Source: Octopus vulgaris
Lineage: Eukaryota
Reading direction: 5' to 3'
DNA length: 64,000 bases
NCBI GenBank assembly: GCA_951406725.2
Contig: OX597833.1
Coordinates: 69,254,001 to 69,318,000 of the forward strand
Positions within the stretch are counted from its first letter, which is position 1. The number at the start of each line of letters is the position of its first letter. This document shows positions 1 to 12,257 of this stretch, one piece after another. Made by a program: the position numbers and the translations under genes. The notes under the pieces were generated by a model that searched no databases, was not told the origin of the DNA, and saw only the letters and a list, made by a program, of their open reading frames with translations.

Positions 1-398
1 AATATTTTAAGATATTTTTTTCATACTGATGTCTTGATCTCAAGAATATACACACACTTATATTTCGATAGGTAGACACACAGACGTATCCTTTTTCATC
101 CCATCTCAAAATGTCCTTCATAATTACATTCGCTGCTAAGTGCTTATCATATGATACGTGGTGTACTACTTTTATTTTATCCAATAGTCTTATAGTAAAA
201 TGTATATATGGACACTATTATTCGTTCAAATGTACTTGCACAATTCACTGCACTTTGCATTCGCTGTCTTTGATAACGTTAGCACAGTTCGCGTTTTCAT
301 TGTTAATGATGTCGTTGCAGCGATGTTCGCATATAGAAATTTATTTTTTTTAACAATCGTGTAACAATGATGTCCATTTAAGATTAGTATTGCTATGG

Positions 399-425
399 AT
401 ATTATTATTATTATTATTATTGTTG

Positions 426-457
<32 letters not shown>

Positions 458-551
458 GGTGATGGTGGTGGTGGTGGTGGTGTTGGTGGTGGTGGTTTGT
501 TGTTGTCATTATTATCATTATCATCATCGTCGTTATTATTATTATTATTAT

Positions 552-585
<34 letters not shown>

Positions 586-593
586 TGTAGTAT

Positions 594-643
<50 letters not shown>

Positions 644-644
644 T
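399..644. repeat. Compound trinucleotide microsatellite (ATT)-(GTT)-(GGT)-(GTT/ATC)-(ATT)-(AGT)
   Basis: Directly visible. It explains the poly-T/N/P/I/V/G ORFs at 226-754. Confidence 0.95.
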
Positions 645-1275
645 TCATTAGTCTTATTTTTATCACGTGCATTCAATGCACCAGCGAGCGCAGGTCCGTG
701 TACATTGGGTGTGTTCTATGGTTTGTTGTGGTGCTTTTATTTTCACGAAATTGAAAGTGATTCATGCAGGATGTATGTGGTGCCTAGTAGTGCTATTTCT
801 GTATATTATATTTACTTGTAAGTCATGTCGTTTTGGTTATATATTTGTCTCAATCTTTTTATCATACCTAATGCGCCTACAATAATACGAATTGTTTCTG
901 TGTTTAGGCACTACATTCGATTTAATTTTATTTCCAGATGTTTGTATCTTGAATGTTTCTCTGTTACATTTAGAGAAACTGCCGTCTGTTGACATTGTTA
1001 CATCGATTAGAAAACATTTTTCTTCTTCGTGATCTCTAACAACTATATCCGGCCAAATTTCTCTGCTTGTATGTATTAGCATATCTCAAAAATGGTTGCT
1101 TTCTCGTTTTCTCTGACCTTTTCTGGGGTTTGCCTATACCATCTTTTTTCTGTTATTATTCCAGAGTGAAGGCATAGCTTCCAGCGTATATAGGTCCCAA
1201 CACTGTCGTGTCTGTGAATATACTCCTTCTTAGCCAGGACTGGGCAGCCAGAGACAATCACCTCATATCCTGAAG
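645..1275 (-). mobile_element. 5'-truncated, decayed R4/Dong-type (RLE) non-LTR retrotransposon: end of Zn-knuckle, restriction-like endonuclease and 3' UTR
   Basis: Minus-strand peptides IVSGCPVLAKKEYIHRHDSVGTYIRWKLC...WY...ENEKATI, IHTSREIWPDIVVRDHEEEKCFLIDV and IIVGALGMIKK match the RHD and PD..D motifs of RLE LINEs. The 3' UTR runs into a (TAC)n/(TAA)n tract. Confidence 0.8.
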
Positions 1276-1354
1276 TTACATACTTTTCATTATGTGTTTT
1301 TTGTGATTTCTGATGAGAAGGCTTTGATCTTCTGTTATCATTATTATTGCTTAT

Positions 1355-1497
1355 TACCAATAGATGGAAGCTGTTCTCGCGACAACGGGTCTCGGTTCCG
1401 TTCTCAAAAGCTGGATCACTGCAATGTACAGCAATATCTGCTTGGTGGTCCAAGTAAAAAAAAAAGGCCAACTTTCGGAATCGTTTAAATCACTCAT
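1355..1497 (+). mobile_element. Short L1/Tx1-like reverse transcriptase fragment
   Basis: EAVLATTGLGSVLKSWITAMYSNICLVVQV resembles the 'GFGxxFxxWIxxLYxxxxSxVxVNG' RT segment of L1/Tx1. Short and interrupted by an A-run. Confidence 0.5.
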
Positions 1498-1499
1498 TC

Positions 1500-1625
1500 G
1501 AAATTCCTCCAAGACACCTGAAGAAGGCTGGAGGGTGTATCAGCCGAAACTATGTGATAACAACAAACAAGATGAAGACAAATATCCGTCAAATGTAAAT
1601 AATGTAAATAATGTAATGTATAGAA
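1500..1625 (+). mobile_element. Penelope-like terminal repeat fragment with a degenerate hammerhead core
   Basis: CTGAAGA-a-GGCTG(loop)CAGCC-GAAAC at 1518-1550. The downstream 'caagatgargacaaatatccgtcaaatgtaa.taatgtaaataatgta' recurs at ~11848-11896. Confidence 0.6.
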
Positions 1626-2092
1626 ATTGAAAATTATAGAAAATCAAATTCAGTTTTTTTACTATTTCTTGCCGAGTGTCTTCCTGACACCTAGGGCATC
1701 GAAACTCACTGTATACATTGGTAGAAACGGTGGAAGAAAGAGGGAGAGAGCGAGAGAGAGAGAAAGGAAAAAAGAAAATGAAAAATAAGTAAACAAAGAA
1801 AATAAGGAGGAAATAAAAAGAGAAAACTTAACAGTGACAATACTCTTTTCGGTCCGTGTGAGGTACCACCTGAGACAAGCTGTTGCAATTCCTGCATGGA
1901 TGGTAAGCCAGGGATTAATCTCGAATAATTTTCAGTTCCTTTTTTTTCCTCATTCCAAGTACTCCTGCAAACATTGGTATTTTAACCACCTTGAGATGCC
2001 ACATTTTTTTTCAATTTCGATCGATATATATTTATATTTTATAAGCTTATCAGAATAATACGTATTATTACTTTATTGCTGTTGTTGTTGTT

Positions 2093-2262
2093 AAGGTAGT
2101 AAGCTCTCTGAATCGTTAGCACGCTGACAAAATGCATAGCGGTATTTCACCCCCTCGCTTCGTTCTGAGTTCAAATTCCGCCGAGGTCGTCTTTGTCTTT
2201 CATCTTTTTTAGGATCCATAAATTAAGAACCACTGAAACAGTGCGGTCAATGTAATTGACTG
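2093..2262 (+). mobile_element. tRNA-derived SINE group A (Meta-domain-like), diverged copy
   Basis: ctgagttcaaattccgccgaggtcg B-box region plus a decayed 'ctttcatc...ataaattaag' core, homologous to 18138-18374. Confidence 0.8.
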
Positions 2263-2289
2263 GCATATGAGCGGAAGTTTTCGACTAGA

Positions 2290-2812
2290 GAATGAAAAGC
2301 AGAAAAAAAAAAAAAGAAAGAAAGAAAATTGAGAAGAAAATGAAGGAGAAGGGGAGGAGGAGGGGGGGAGGAGAAGAAGAAGAAGAAGAAGAAGAAGAAG
2401 AAGAAGAAAAAGAAGAAGAAGAAAAAGAAGGAAAGGAAGAAAAAGAAGTAGAAGAAGAAGAAGAAGGAAAGGAAAAAAAAGAAGAAGAAGAAGAAAGAGG
2501 AGGAGGAGGAGAAGGAGGAGGAGAAGCAGAAGAAGCAGAAGAAGAAGGAGAAAAAGAAGAAGAAAAGGAAGAAGAAGAAGGAGGAGCAGTAGAAGAAGAA
2601 GCAGTAGAAGAAGAAGCAGTAGAAGAAGAAGAAGAAGAAGAAAAGGAAGAAGAAGAAGAAGAAGAAGAAGAAAGAGGAGGAGGAGGATGAGAAGAAGAAG
2701 ACGAAGAAGAAAGAGGAGGAGGATGAGAAGAAGAAGAAGAAAGAGGAGGAGAAAAAGAAGAAGAAAAGGAAGAAGGAGAAGAAGAAGAGGATGAAGGAGA
2801 AGAAGAAGATAA
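2290..2812 (+). repeat. ~520-bp polypurine (GAA/GGA)n tract
   Basis: Directly visible. It is the source of the poly-E, poly-L and poly-F ORFs. Confidence 0.95.
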
Positions 2813-3842
2813 AACTTGGGATTGAGTATTTTGTTGATGTATACATCAGTCCCAAACAGATAATAAAGAATTTCGTTAAGAGTTGACAGATAAAAACAAA
2901 AAAATAAAAATGTCTGGTAGCAGAGATAAAGAGGACGAAGCCAATCTTGAAATAGTGTGTCGCGGGATAAATTCTGTAAAGATACAGACGGATACATTAC
3001 AAAGATTCTGGGACATATGCATATATACTATAAAATGAAACAACATCTGCTTGGCAATTTGCATAAATTATGCAAATCACTTCCAGTTTAATAGAGCAGA
3101 CACTAAAAAAATACATTTCTGTGTATCTAAAACTTAGAGACCTGCGTTTGGTTGTACAGCGAAATCTCAAAATAAAGATAAGGCAACTGAAATAATTAAA
3201 ATAATTGTGATACCTTATAGATATTTTCTCTCTATCACACCTGTCAAAATAAATACGCTTTTTCTAAAAATATTTTATCTTCTGGTATTGATCGTTTTTT
3301 TTTACTAAGTTGTGTTGTTGCTTTTTACGGGTTTTTTTTTCTTCTTCTGTATTCTAAATGGAGATAAATCAATAGAAACACCTCCAGTAGATAACTAGTG
3401 CTGCAGTCTACTGAATTATTCAATTCAAATATTTATAAAGAATACTTTGTATCTGAAAGATATTTTAAATATGTATGCGAAGTTAGCCATATCTATGTGA
3501 GTTCGGTGTGGAATTAGACACGGTATTTAGAGAAGAGGGGCATTTGACGCCTGTACATGAGGATCGAATTGAACCAGCACCAACTGCTTTCATATTAACA
3601 CATATCTGACCATGACGTTTAATATCACAGCGCCACCAAATGCATGTTGATATATCATTTGTGAGACCTCACTCCATTATATGTAGTCGTTTTCCGATCG
3701 ACTATTCTACGATTCCTCGACATACTATTTCCTGGTTTTTCAATCATGGTCAACCTAGCTATGCTTATAAATTACCAGCTGAAGTATTCACGCAAATCCG
3801 ATGATTGACTCCTCAGTAGAATGATCTTTTTTTCAGCGTTAA

Positions 3843-3919
3843 TAAAAAAAAGCATATTACTGTACCTTCGGGATTCGAGTCCTGTTTTCCCACCTTGTTT
3901 CGCATTTATCTGCTTACTC

Positions 3920-3972
<53 letters not shown>
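3843..3972 (+). repeat. Dispersed repeat end abutting (TA)n, copy 1 (related copy at 4781-4886)
   Basis: aaaaagcatattact.taccttc.g.attcgagt.ct.tttt...acc.tgttt.gca.ttat.tgcttactcgtgt followed by (TA)n occurs twice about 940 bp apart. Confidence 0.8.
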
Positions 3973-3978
<6 letters not shown>

Positions 3979-4518
3979 CATACATATATTGTAAATATTT
4001 ACTTATATATTATGATATTTGTATACTCTGGTGACACATTTCAATATATTGGACATACACGAAATTTAAATTTTTGTATATATAGCAATACTTTATCTGA
4101 ATATGGTATATTATACAGACCTGAAACAGATTGAGAGCTACGAGCTTATTACATATTAGGATACTTCGATTGAGAATTATTAGGGTAAAGTATATGCAAG
4201 GCATTACAGAATTTCGAATCACGAAGTATTGAGAGCAATTTTGATAGAGTTTTATATACGATTTACAGAATAGAACGTTTTGAAAGATGATAAGTACCTC
4301 ATGATTGACAACTACTGTACTACAGAAACAGGATTTACACGCTTTATAAGAAGTTAAATTTACGAGATTGAAAAAGTATTCTTGGAAATACAATGTCCGA
4401 TGTTAGCCTTCATAGAAATTGAGATATTTTCTTCCTAACACTGGGCAACGCACAAGTGAAGGTAATTGTAGTAAACTATTTTATACATCTATCTATCTAC
4501 TTATCTATCTATCGATCC

Positions 4519-4652
<134 letters not shown>

Positions 4653-4689
4653 ATATACTTTTTTCTATTGACATTGCAAAAACATACGA

Positions 4690-4859
4690 AAGTTGTTACT
4701 CAGAGTTTCACGTTTCCGTTTGTCGGTCAATCATCACAACTGTCCGACGAACAGAAACATGAAACACTGACTAATAATTTTAAAAAAAGCATATTACTCT
4801 ACCTTCAGTATTCGAGTACTATTTTTCTACCATGTTTTGCAATTATATGCTTACTCGTG

Positions 4860-4886
<27 letters not shown>
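4690..4886 (+). mobile_element. Penelope-like terminal element: 26-bp inverted repeat carrying HHR-like cores, then a tail into (TA)n
   Basis: cagagtttcacgtttccgtttgtcgg (4701-4726) pairs with ccgacgaacagaaacatgaaacactg (4744-4769). The tail is shared with 3843-3922. Confidence 0.55.
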
Positions 4887-4925
<39 letters not shown>

Positions 4926-4989
4926 TGTGTGTGTGTTTGTGTCTGTGTGTGTGTATACATATATGGTAAATAGAATCACCGCGTATTGG

Positions 4990-5184
4990 TTTCAAATTTC
5001 TTCATGAGGACAGCAATTTCGTCCGGGCAGAGCTAAATTGATTACATTGACCTCAGTACTTAACTGGTACTTTATTTTATCAACCCAGAAATTATAAAGG
5101 ACAAAGTCGTCCTCGGCAGAAATTGAACTCAGATAAAAAAGACGTAGGAAAGTGTCCTGAAGTATCTGCCAGGTCACCGCCTTG
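4990..5184 (-). mobile_element. SINE group A, diverged copy
   Basis: Reverse complement shows aaggcggtgacctggcaga...ctgagttcaatttctgccgagg...gataaaataaagtaccagtt. Confidence 0.75.
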
Positions 5185-6302
5185 ATTAGGTTTAGAACTT
5201 TGCTCCTATAAATGCCACAATAGAGTATACTGCTGCTGCTGATGATGATGGTGTTGTTGCTGTTGCTGCTGATGCTGTGGTGTCTATAGTTACAATAGTA
5301 GTGGTGGTAATGATAACCATGCAGAGTAGGATAAGAAGCTTGAGAATTTCCAGGAGAGGAATTGGAGAAGAGGAGAAAATTGTGATCGTCATCATGGGAG
5401 GTGGAAAAGTAGAGGATGCATAATGAGGTCTAGGTGTCGGGGAAGGAAGTGGAGGGGGAGGAGCGGATGAGAGTGCTGTTATTTGTGTTTGGTGGTGGGA
5501 ATGATGACTATGACAATCATAATGGTGGCCATAGTAATGATGATATGGAGAAGGATGATGGTAGCAGCTGTCTTTATGATGATGATGATGATGATAATAA
5601 TAATGTGAGGAGGACGAGAAAGAGGGGAGGGTGGTTGTGCCATTTGTGATGGCCATGTGTGGATACAAGAATAGAGAGAGCAAAGGGAGACAACTGTAGG
5701 AAGTTAAGCATTAATTTCACTAAATTAATTTCAGGTATTTCGTCTTTTACACTCAATCGGAGATGGTTAAGCTACTCTTTTTGTTTAATGAGACCTCAAG
5801 TATTTATCTCAATCTATATTAATACCTCACATGATTATCTTCCCCATATGTTATTATATAACGTTTTAATTATGTTTAATTGTCTGAATATGTTTCATAA
5901 ATCGTTATTCTTTCATAGAAAATGTAATATTTGAAAAAATATGACATTTCGCAGATGCAGTTACAAAACATTTGAAAAGTTAAGCTGTACACTTAAATCA
6001 TAATAACTGTGATCTTCAGGAATAATAGGGCGAAAAAGAGTGACGTGATCTAATTGAAATGTAAAAAGATAGAAATTATTAACGAAAATATGCTGTAATA
6101 TTGTTCTGTTACAGAGACAGTCAATATTGTGACAAAGGACTAACAAACGTTATAGATAATATTGTTGTGATTTTTGTTGAAGGTTTTATCTTCTAGTTGA
6201 TCAGCAAACAAAACTGGAATCGAAATCATTTTAGCCACGACCTTCCCGACTGTTCAGACTAAAATTATCCAATAGGTCTTTCCTTCTTTTCAAAACAAAA
6301 AG

Positions 6303-6525
6303 TCTGAGCTGGCAGAAACGTTAGCACGCTGGGCGAAATGCGGTATTTCGTCTGCCGTTACCTTCTGAGTTCAGATTCCGCCGAGGTCGACTTAGCCTTT
6401 TATCTTTTCGGGATCGATAAATTAAATACCAGTTACGCACTAGGGTCGATGTAATCGACTTAATCCCTTTGTCTGTCCTTTTTTTGTCCTCGCTGTGTTG
6501 AGCCCCTTGTGGGCAATAAACAAAA
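6303..6525 (+). mobile_element. SINE group A
   Basis: gagctggcagaaacgttagcacgc...ctgagttcagattccgccgaggtcgac...gataaattaaataccagttacgcactagggtcgatgtaatcgac...agccccttgtgggcaataaa. Confidence 0.9.
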
Positions 6526-6689
6526 AGGCTAATTTCGGCTGACGGCCACACACCAGAGTGCCACTTATAAAAATGAGAAGCCTGATATTGTTTACCGATG
6601 TAATCTAATTAAGACATTTTCCTTTTATTTTATTATTATTCAAGGCAATGGCAAGCGAGCATTCTAGGGAACCACCTGAAAGGGTTTAG

Positions 6690-6995
6690 ATGGACAAATC
6701 ACCAGCAGTTCTTATGTTCTACATTTCAGTACTTTTTGTATCGGACACCTTTGCCGCAGCTAACATATGAAAACGTAAATAAAGCAACACCGTTTAAGTA
6801 GCAGTGCGGAGGAAATAGAAACGCAGACACAAACAAATATATATATATATGCATACGATAGGCTTCCGTTCAGTTTCCGTCTACCAAATTCACTCGCAAG
6901 TTATTGGTAGGTCCGGAGATTTAATGGAAAACATTTGGCTGTGGAGTCGCCTAGTTGGTGTGAACCCGAAACCATTTAGTTGAAAACCAAATTTC
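6690..6995 (-). mobile_element. SINE group B, old diverged copy
   Basis: cagtttccgtctaccaaattcactcgcaag and tgaacccgaaacca match group B copies. Confidence 0.65.
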
Positions 6996-7614
6996 TTCAG
7001 TAAGGTGAACTTTTGATATATATTTGATCAAGCAAATTGAAAGAGGAAAGAAAAATAAAGAAACTTTAAACATTTAAAATATGACATATTGAAGATACAA
7101 ATCATGAAAATAAATCTATCCCAAGGAAAACAAGCATAAAGTAGAAAACTATAAAATAAAGCCACACCGAATGTACAGAATATCGAGCACCAATCACCAG
7201 CCAAAGATAAACCACAAAGTCAATAATAAAAATACGAACGTAAGTAAATATAGGAAACATCTAAGTGTAGATAGCTACAAAGTTGCAATTTTTTTTTAAT
7301 ATGGCGGCCATAAATTGAAGATAGAAATAGTTAAAAGATTAAAATCGATACACTACGTAAAATTCCAGCACCATGAAATAAAATATTTACCAATAAAATA
7401 ACATTGATTAATAAACAAAAATATCATACTGAGCCATCGTAATCATGCTGAAACTAAATGTAAACCGAAGTAAAAATACATAAATCAAAATGGTGTATCT
7501 TGGATACGAAGTTATCACTTGCAAAAGTGAAAGTACATGCGAAAAATTCTCTTCAAACTTTCAATTCAATAAGTTGTAAATTTTGTGAAAAACTTCGCGA
7601 CGATATACGCACAT

Positions 7615-7845
7615 ATATACATACATGCACACATACATGCATACATACATACATACATACATACATACATACATACATACATACATACATACATACATAC
7701 ATACATACATACATACATACATACATACATACGTACATACATGCATACATACATACATACATACATACATACATACATACATACATACATACATACATAC
7801 ATACATACATACATACATACGTACGTACGTACGTACGTACATACA
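7615..7845. repeat. (CATA)n tetranucleotide microsatellite
   Basis: Directly visible. It generates the YIHT/MYVC ORFs. Confidence 0.95.
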
Positions 7846-7884
7846 TGTATATTATATAGATATATATATATGCATGTATATTTT

Positions 7885-8364
7885 AGGCGTAGGAGTGGCT
7901 GCGCGGTAAGTACCTTGCTTATGAACAACACAGTTCCGGGTTCAGTCCCACTGCGTAGCAACTTGGGCATGTGTCTTCTACTATAGCCTCGGGCCCACCA
8001 AAGCCTTGTGAGTAGATCTGGTAGACGGAAACTGAAAGAAGCCCGTCGTATATATGTATATATATATGTGTGTGGGTGGGTGTGTCTGTCTGTGTGTGTG
8101 TGTCTGTGTGTGTGCGTTCGTGTGTGTGTGTCTGTGTTTGTGTGTATACGTTTGTGTGTCTGTGTTTGTCCCCCAATATTGCTTCACAACCGATGCTGGT
8201 GTGTTTACGTCCTCGTGACTTAGCGGTTCGATAAAGACCGATAGCATAAGTACTAGGCTTACAAAGAACTAGTCCTGGGGTCGATTTGTTCGACTACAGG
8301 CGGTGCTCCAGCATGGGCACAGTCAAATGACTGAAACAAGTAAAAGAGTAAAAGAGTAAAGAGT
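7885..8364 (+). mobile_element. tRNA-derived SINE group B (CORE-like), full length, with internal (TA)/(TG) microsatellite and (TAAAAGAG)n tail
   Basis: Head aggcgtaggagtggctgcgcggtaag (A-box-like), ggttcagtccc (B-box-like), CORE-like cttgggcatgtgtctt, and tail gctccagcatgg.cacagtcaaatgactgaaacaagtaaaagag. Confidence 0.92.
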
Positions 8365-10371
8365 ATATATACTCCCACAAACACACATACAATCTTGACA
8401 CACTACTCTTGGAGTGTAGTTCATTGTCATTAATTTGCATCGTCATTTTTCTTCCAAGATACACTATTCATGTTCCGTATCTCATCAAAGCAACTGCCCG
8501 CCTGTTAATTGCTCTTATAGTGCCCATATAGCTTCGATTGGGCTTTTTGAAATACAGAATTACAATGAACAATTAGAAAGGAGTTTATAGCATATTTGCG
8601 ATGGTAGAAATTGTTATACACTAAAACGGGGAGGTATGAACTAAATCTTTACACTTAAAAGAGATATAATTTATAACAAACTGGCAGAAATAAATGACGG
8701 ACCTTAAATAATAATTGTGTACATACTACTACACGGAGACGGAAGCACTGCCTCTGTAGGCTAAACCAATGTGGTGCCTTGGGTCTCTTTAATGGTACAA
8801 GTGATTTAGCTTATTGCAATAAAATTGTATTTGTATCATGAGATCTGTCCTTAGTTGCCCTTAACGTGTAATGTATACCAGTATTAGCTTGTTACAGTTC
8901 CAAGATCATCTTTGCCCCAAATTCACCACTCCCTATACAGATCTCGTTTAAAGCAGTCACTAAGTAGCTTGCTTATGAACAACACAGCATAAACTCACAT
9001 TTCTTGCTTTTATTTGAAAAGGGAAATGTTTCCCGAAATATTGCAGGATCTTTAAACAAAGTACGCAAAGAGAATTTTTTCGTTATTGTTCTCATTCATT
9101 GAAATCATTTTTCGTATTTTGCTTAACGCCTCAGTTGCATTGCTGAAAATATATATTTTTTTTTTTGGCAAACATTAATCTCATTTACATATCTTAGCCA
9201 TTTCCGCCTGCTAGTCTAATTTTGCAAATACAAATCAAAGGAGCTCTCCCATTAGTTACTTTGATAAACTTTTTGTCACCCTTTCATAAATATATTGACT
9301 GTTTATATATTCCGATCATCTGATAAATATTTAATAATTGTTCCACTAATGTTTCCATTTCACTTTCATATTATAACTTTCAAACTGAGATTTTTAAACC
9401 TCTACATCAAAATTCTTCCTTTGTGTTAGTATAAAATTATCATAAAAGACAGTCTTAGAATTACATTTAAAATATTTCTAGTTATTTTTCTCTGGTTTTA
9501 AAATATAGGCTTTTAAAAATATTAAAAAATACATTTTTCTATGTTATATATATATATATGTATATATTGCTTTTCATAAGAATAAATATATTTCGTTTGC
9601 ATTTGTCATAAAATTCTAAAACATCATTAACCGAAATATCAACATTTTAAATTGCAGAAAGTGAAAAACGTTCCACAGTGGTTTATTTCTTTTTCGAAAA
9701 CCCCATTTCTATTTTATATATTAATGGAACAATTAAAAGATATTCTAGCAATTAATTCATGAATGCTCCTACTAACCATTCAGGTGAGATTCTGTTATAC
9801 GGTTTTACTTTTTAATATTCTTTTAAAGAATTAATATATGAATTGTCTTCCAAATTTTTAATATTTCATATTGCAAACATAAAACCTCGGAGACCCATTT
9901 AAAGGGATATCATAACAAGAAAACTATTAGAAATGGGACGAATTAGGTTGATGGTATGGTAACAGAATCACAAAATTACGACTCAAACTACAGTAAGATC
10001 GGATTTCAGAGCAGAGTAATGTATGTGTGTTGTGTGTGTTTGTGTGTGTGTATGTGTGTGTATGTGTGTATGCGTGTGTTTGTGTTTATGTGTATGTTTG
10101 TATGCTTTCCTTCTTTTCTAATTCAGAGTGAATTCTGAGCGGCCATCTGCAATGTAGCGCGGCTGTGAATGAAAAGAACCTTAAATCTTAACAAGGCATT
10201 GCAAATGTTCATCCTGTTCACTTCTTGCGCATGAATTAAGGATGTGTAAACTCCTGACCATTGGTCCTGGTATGTGTGAGTATGTATAATGACACACATA
10301 CACACACATACATACATGCATACATATATACATATATGTGAATATATACATATATATATATATATAGAGAG

Positions 10372-10422
<51 letters not shown>

Positions 10423-10559
10423 CAGACAGACAAACAGACAGGCAGATTGATAGATAGATAGATAGGTAGATAGATAGATAGATATTTATGTGTGTGTATG
10501 TGTGTGCGTCTTTGTCTGTATGAGTGTCTATGTACGTACGTACACATATACTGAATATT

Positions 10560-11545
10560 ACTGATAACATCGCCACAATCGCTTAAACAATATGTCTAGA
10601 CTACAAGAAGGCATTCGATCCATGGTTGAGAGATTAAACACACCTTGCCAAAATCTTAGCTGCTGTAGCGAATGTCACTGAAAGACTGACAACACCATGG
10701 TCCGCACGGTTATTACTGGCAACTAATAAGCAAAGCCTATTATTACAAACAGAATTAAACCATCGACAAGCGTGTCCCAGGGTGATAGTTTATCTGTAAT
10801 GCTGTTTGTACTGGCAAGGAACCCATTGCCAATCCTGTTACCAAAATGCCATGGTTAAATGCTCGGATATAAAGAAAAGAATAAAATTAGTGTCATCCCC
10901 ACATCTTTTTTCAATGACCCCCCCAAGTTTTATTTTGGTAAAATTTTCACCATCATGAGACAATTAGAATTAGTCCTACTATTCTCACAATGTATAGAAA
11001 CGGGGTTTGGGCCAGATAAGTACTCGCACACAGTAGTCAACCCGAGAAAGATTGTTGACCGGACAGAAAACATGTTTATCATTACTTGTCTATCTTCGCT
11101 ATCGCTAATAATGCAAATTACAAGCATCAGAGAATCGAGGAGAATGTTGCATGCGTTGGTGCTGTGACTGAAACCAGAATAGCAAAGAAGCGACTTCAGC
11201 AGACTCTGGAAAATATGGAATTCAGAGCAGTCTGATTTAACAAGAACATATCTCACAATGTTTTGCAGTGGCAGGACTAATGCCAACATTTGGTATATTG
11301 GACTGGACCCGAAAGGTACTGACCTCCAGAAGCAACTTTTACATTAAGAGTGACACTGATAGGACCTGTGTGAGACAAAGTGATGGCGCTAAAGTCATAA
11401 GGTCAGTCCAAACAGCCTTCGAATGTCGCATTGTATCACTCAGACAACACCTGCTGAAGGATAAAGAAAGAAATGAGTACATTCCATGCGTACTCAAAAG
11501 TGAGGGCAACAACATCTTCAGAGTTAGAGAAGACCTACTGTGCAG
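10560..11545 (+). mobile_element. Decayed reverse transcriptase region of an RLE (R4/Dong-like) LINE
   Basis: Fragmented motifs CLDYKKAFD, SQGDSLSVMLFVLARNPL, HIFFND, GFGPDK and LMPTFGILDWT, with many stops and frameshifts. Confidence 0.75.
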
Positions 11546-12222
11546 GTGCTTTGTGTCACGTGACTCCCAAAAGTGACAGGACTGGCCAATCTAAACACAG
11601 GCTTGGAGTTGCAGGCTGTATACCAGCAACATGCAATACACGTGTACATATTCCGTATAGTATAGGGCAATAACAGCTTTGACAGGTAGGGTAGACACTC
11701 CTAGACCGTTACAACAATGTATAACTTGTGTTTCCTGCTCCATAGTACAATTTCAGCTGTGTTATATTTGCACCAACTTGATGTTTTATTCGGAGTGTTC
11801 CACCAGTATTGCTTGTTTCTGAAGGTGTGAATACCTGTTAGTTCTGACAAGATGAGGACAAATATCCGTCAAATGTAATTAATGTAAATAATGTACATAA
11901 TTCCTCATTTCTTAAATATAGAACTCAAAAGACATTCTTGTCTATCAAAAATACTAAGAAGTTACAACAATTATATATATCGAGGAACCAATGGTGCTTC
12001 CTTTTTCAGGCATGAAACTAGAACCCATACAGTGTCTGCCCAAATGTTCACTCCGTTATATGTAGTGAGTATTATTCTTGCTGTCGTTGTCAGAAACTGT
12101 AACTACCTGCAGGCATATGCGCATGTATATGTTTGTCTTGGTACACGTGCATCGAAAGACCAAGAATTTGGGTTATACATGTACGTGTGTGTGTGTGAGT
12201 GTGCACGTGCTTGTATGTCTTT

Positions 12223-12257
<35 letters not shown>

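Noticed and set aside
2209-2997. Long ORFs (262, 202 and 132 aa) and the many [16 protein letters not shown] ORFs throughout the window
   Set aside because: They are translations of microsatellites that lack stop codons in some frames and have no protein-like content.
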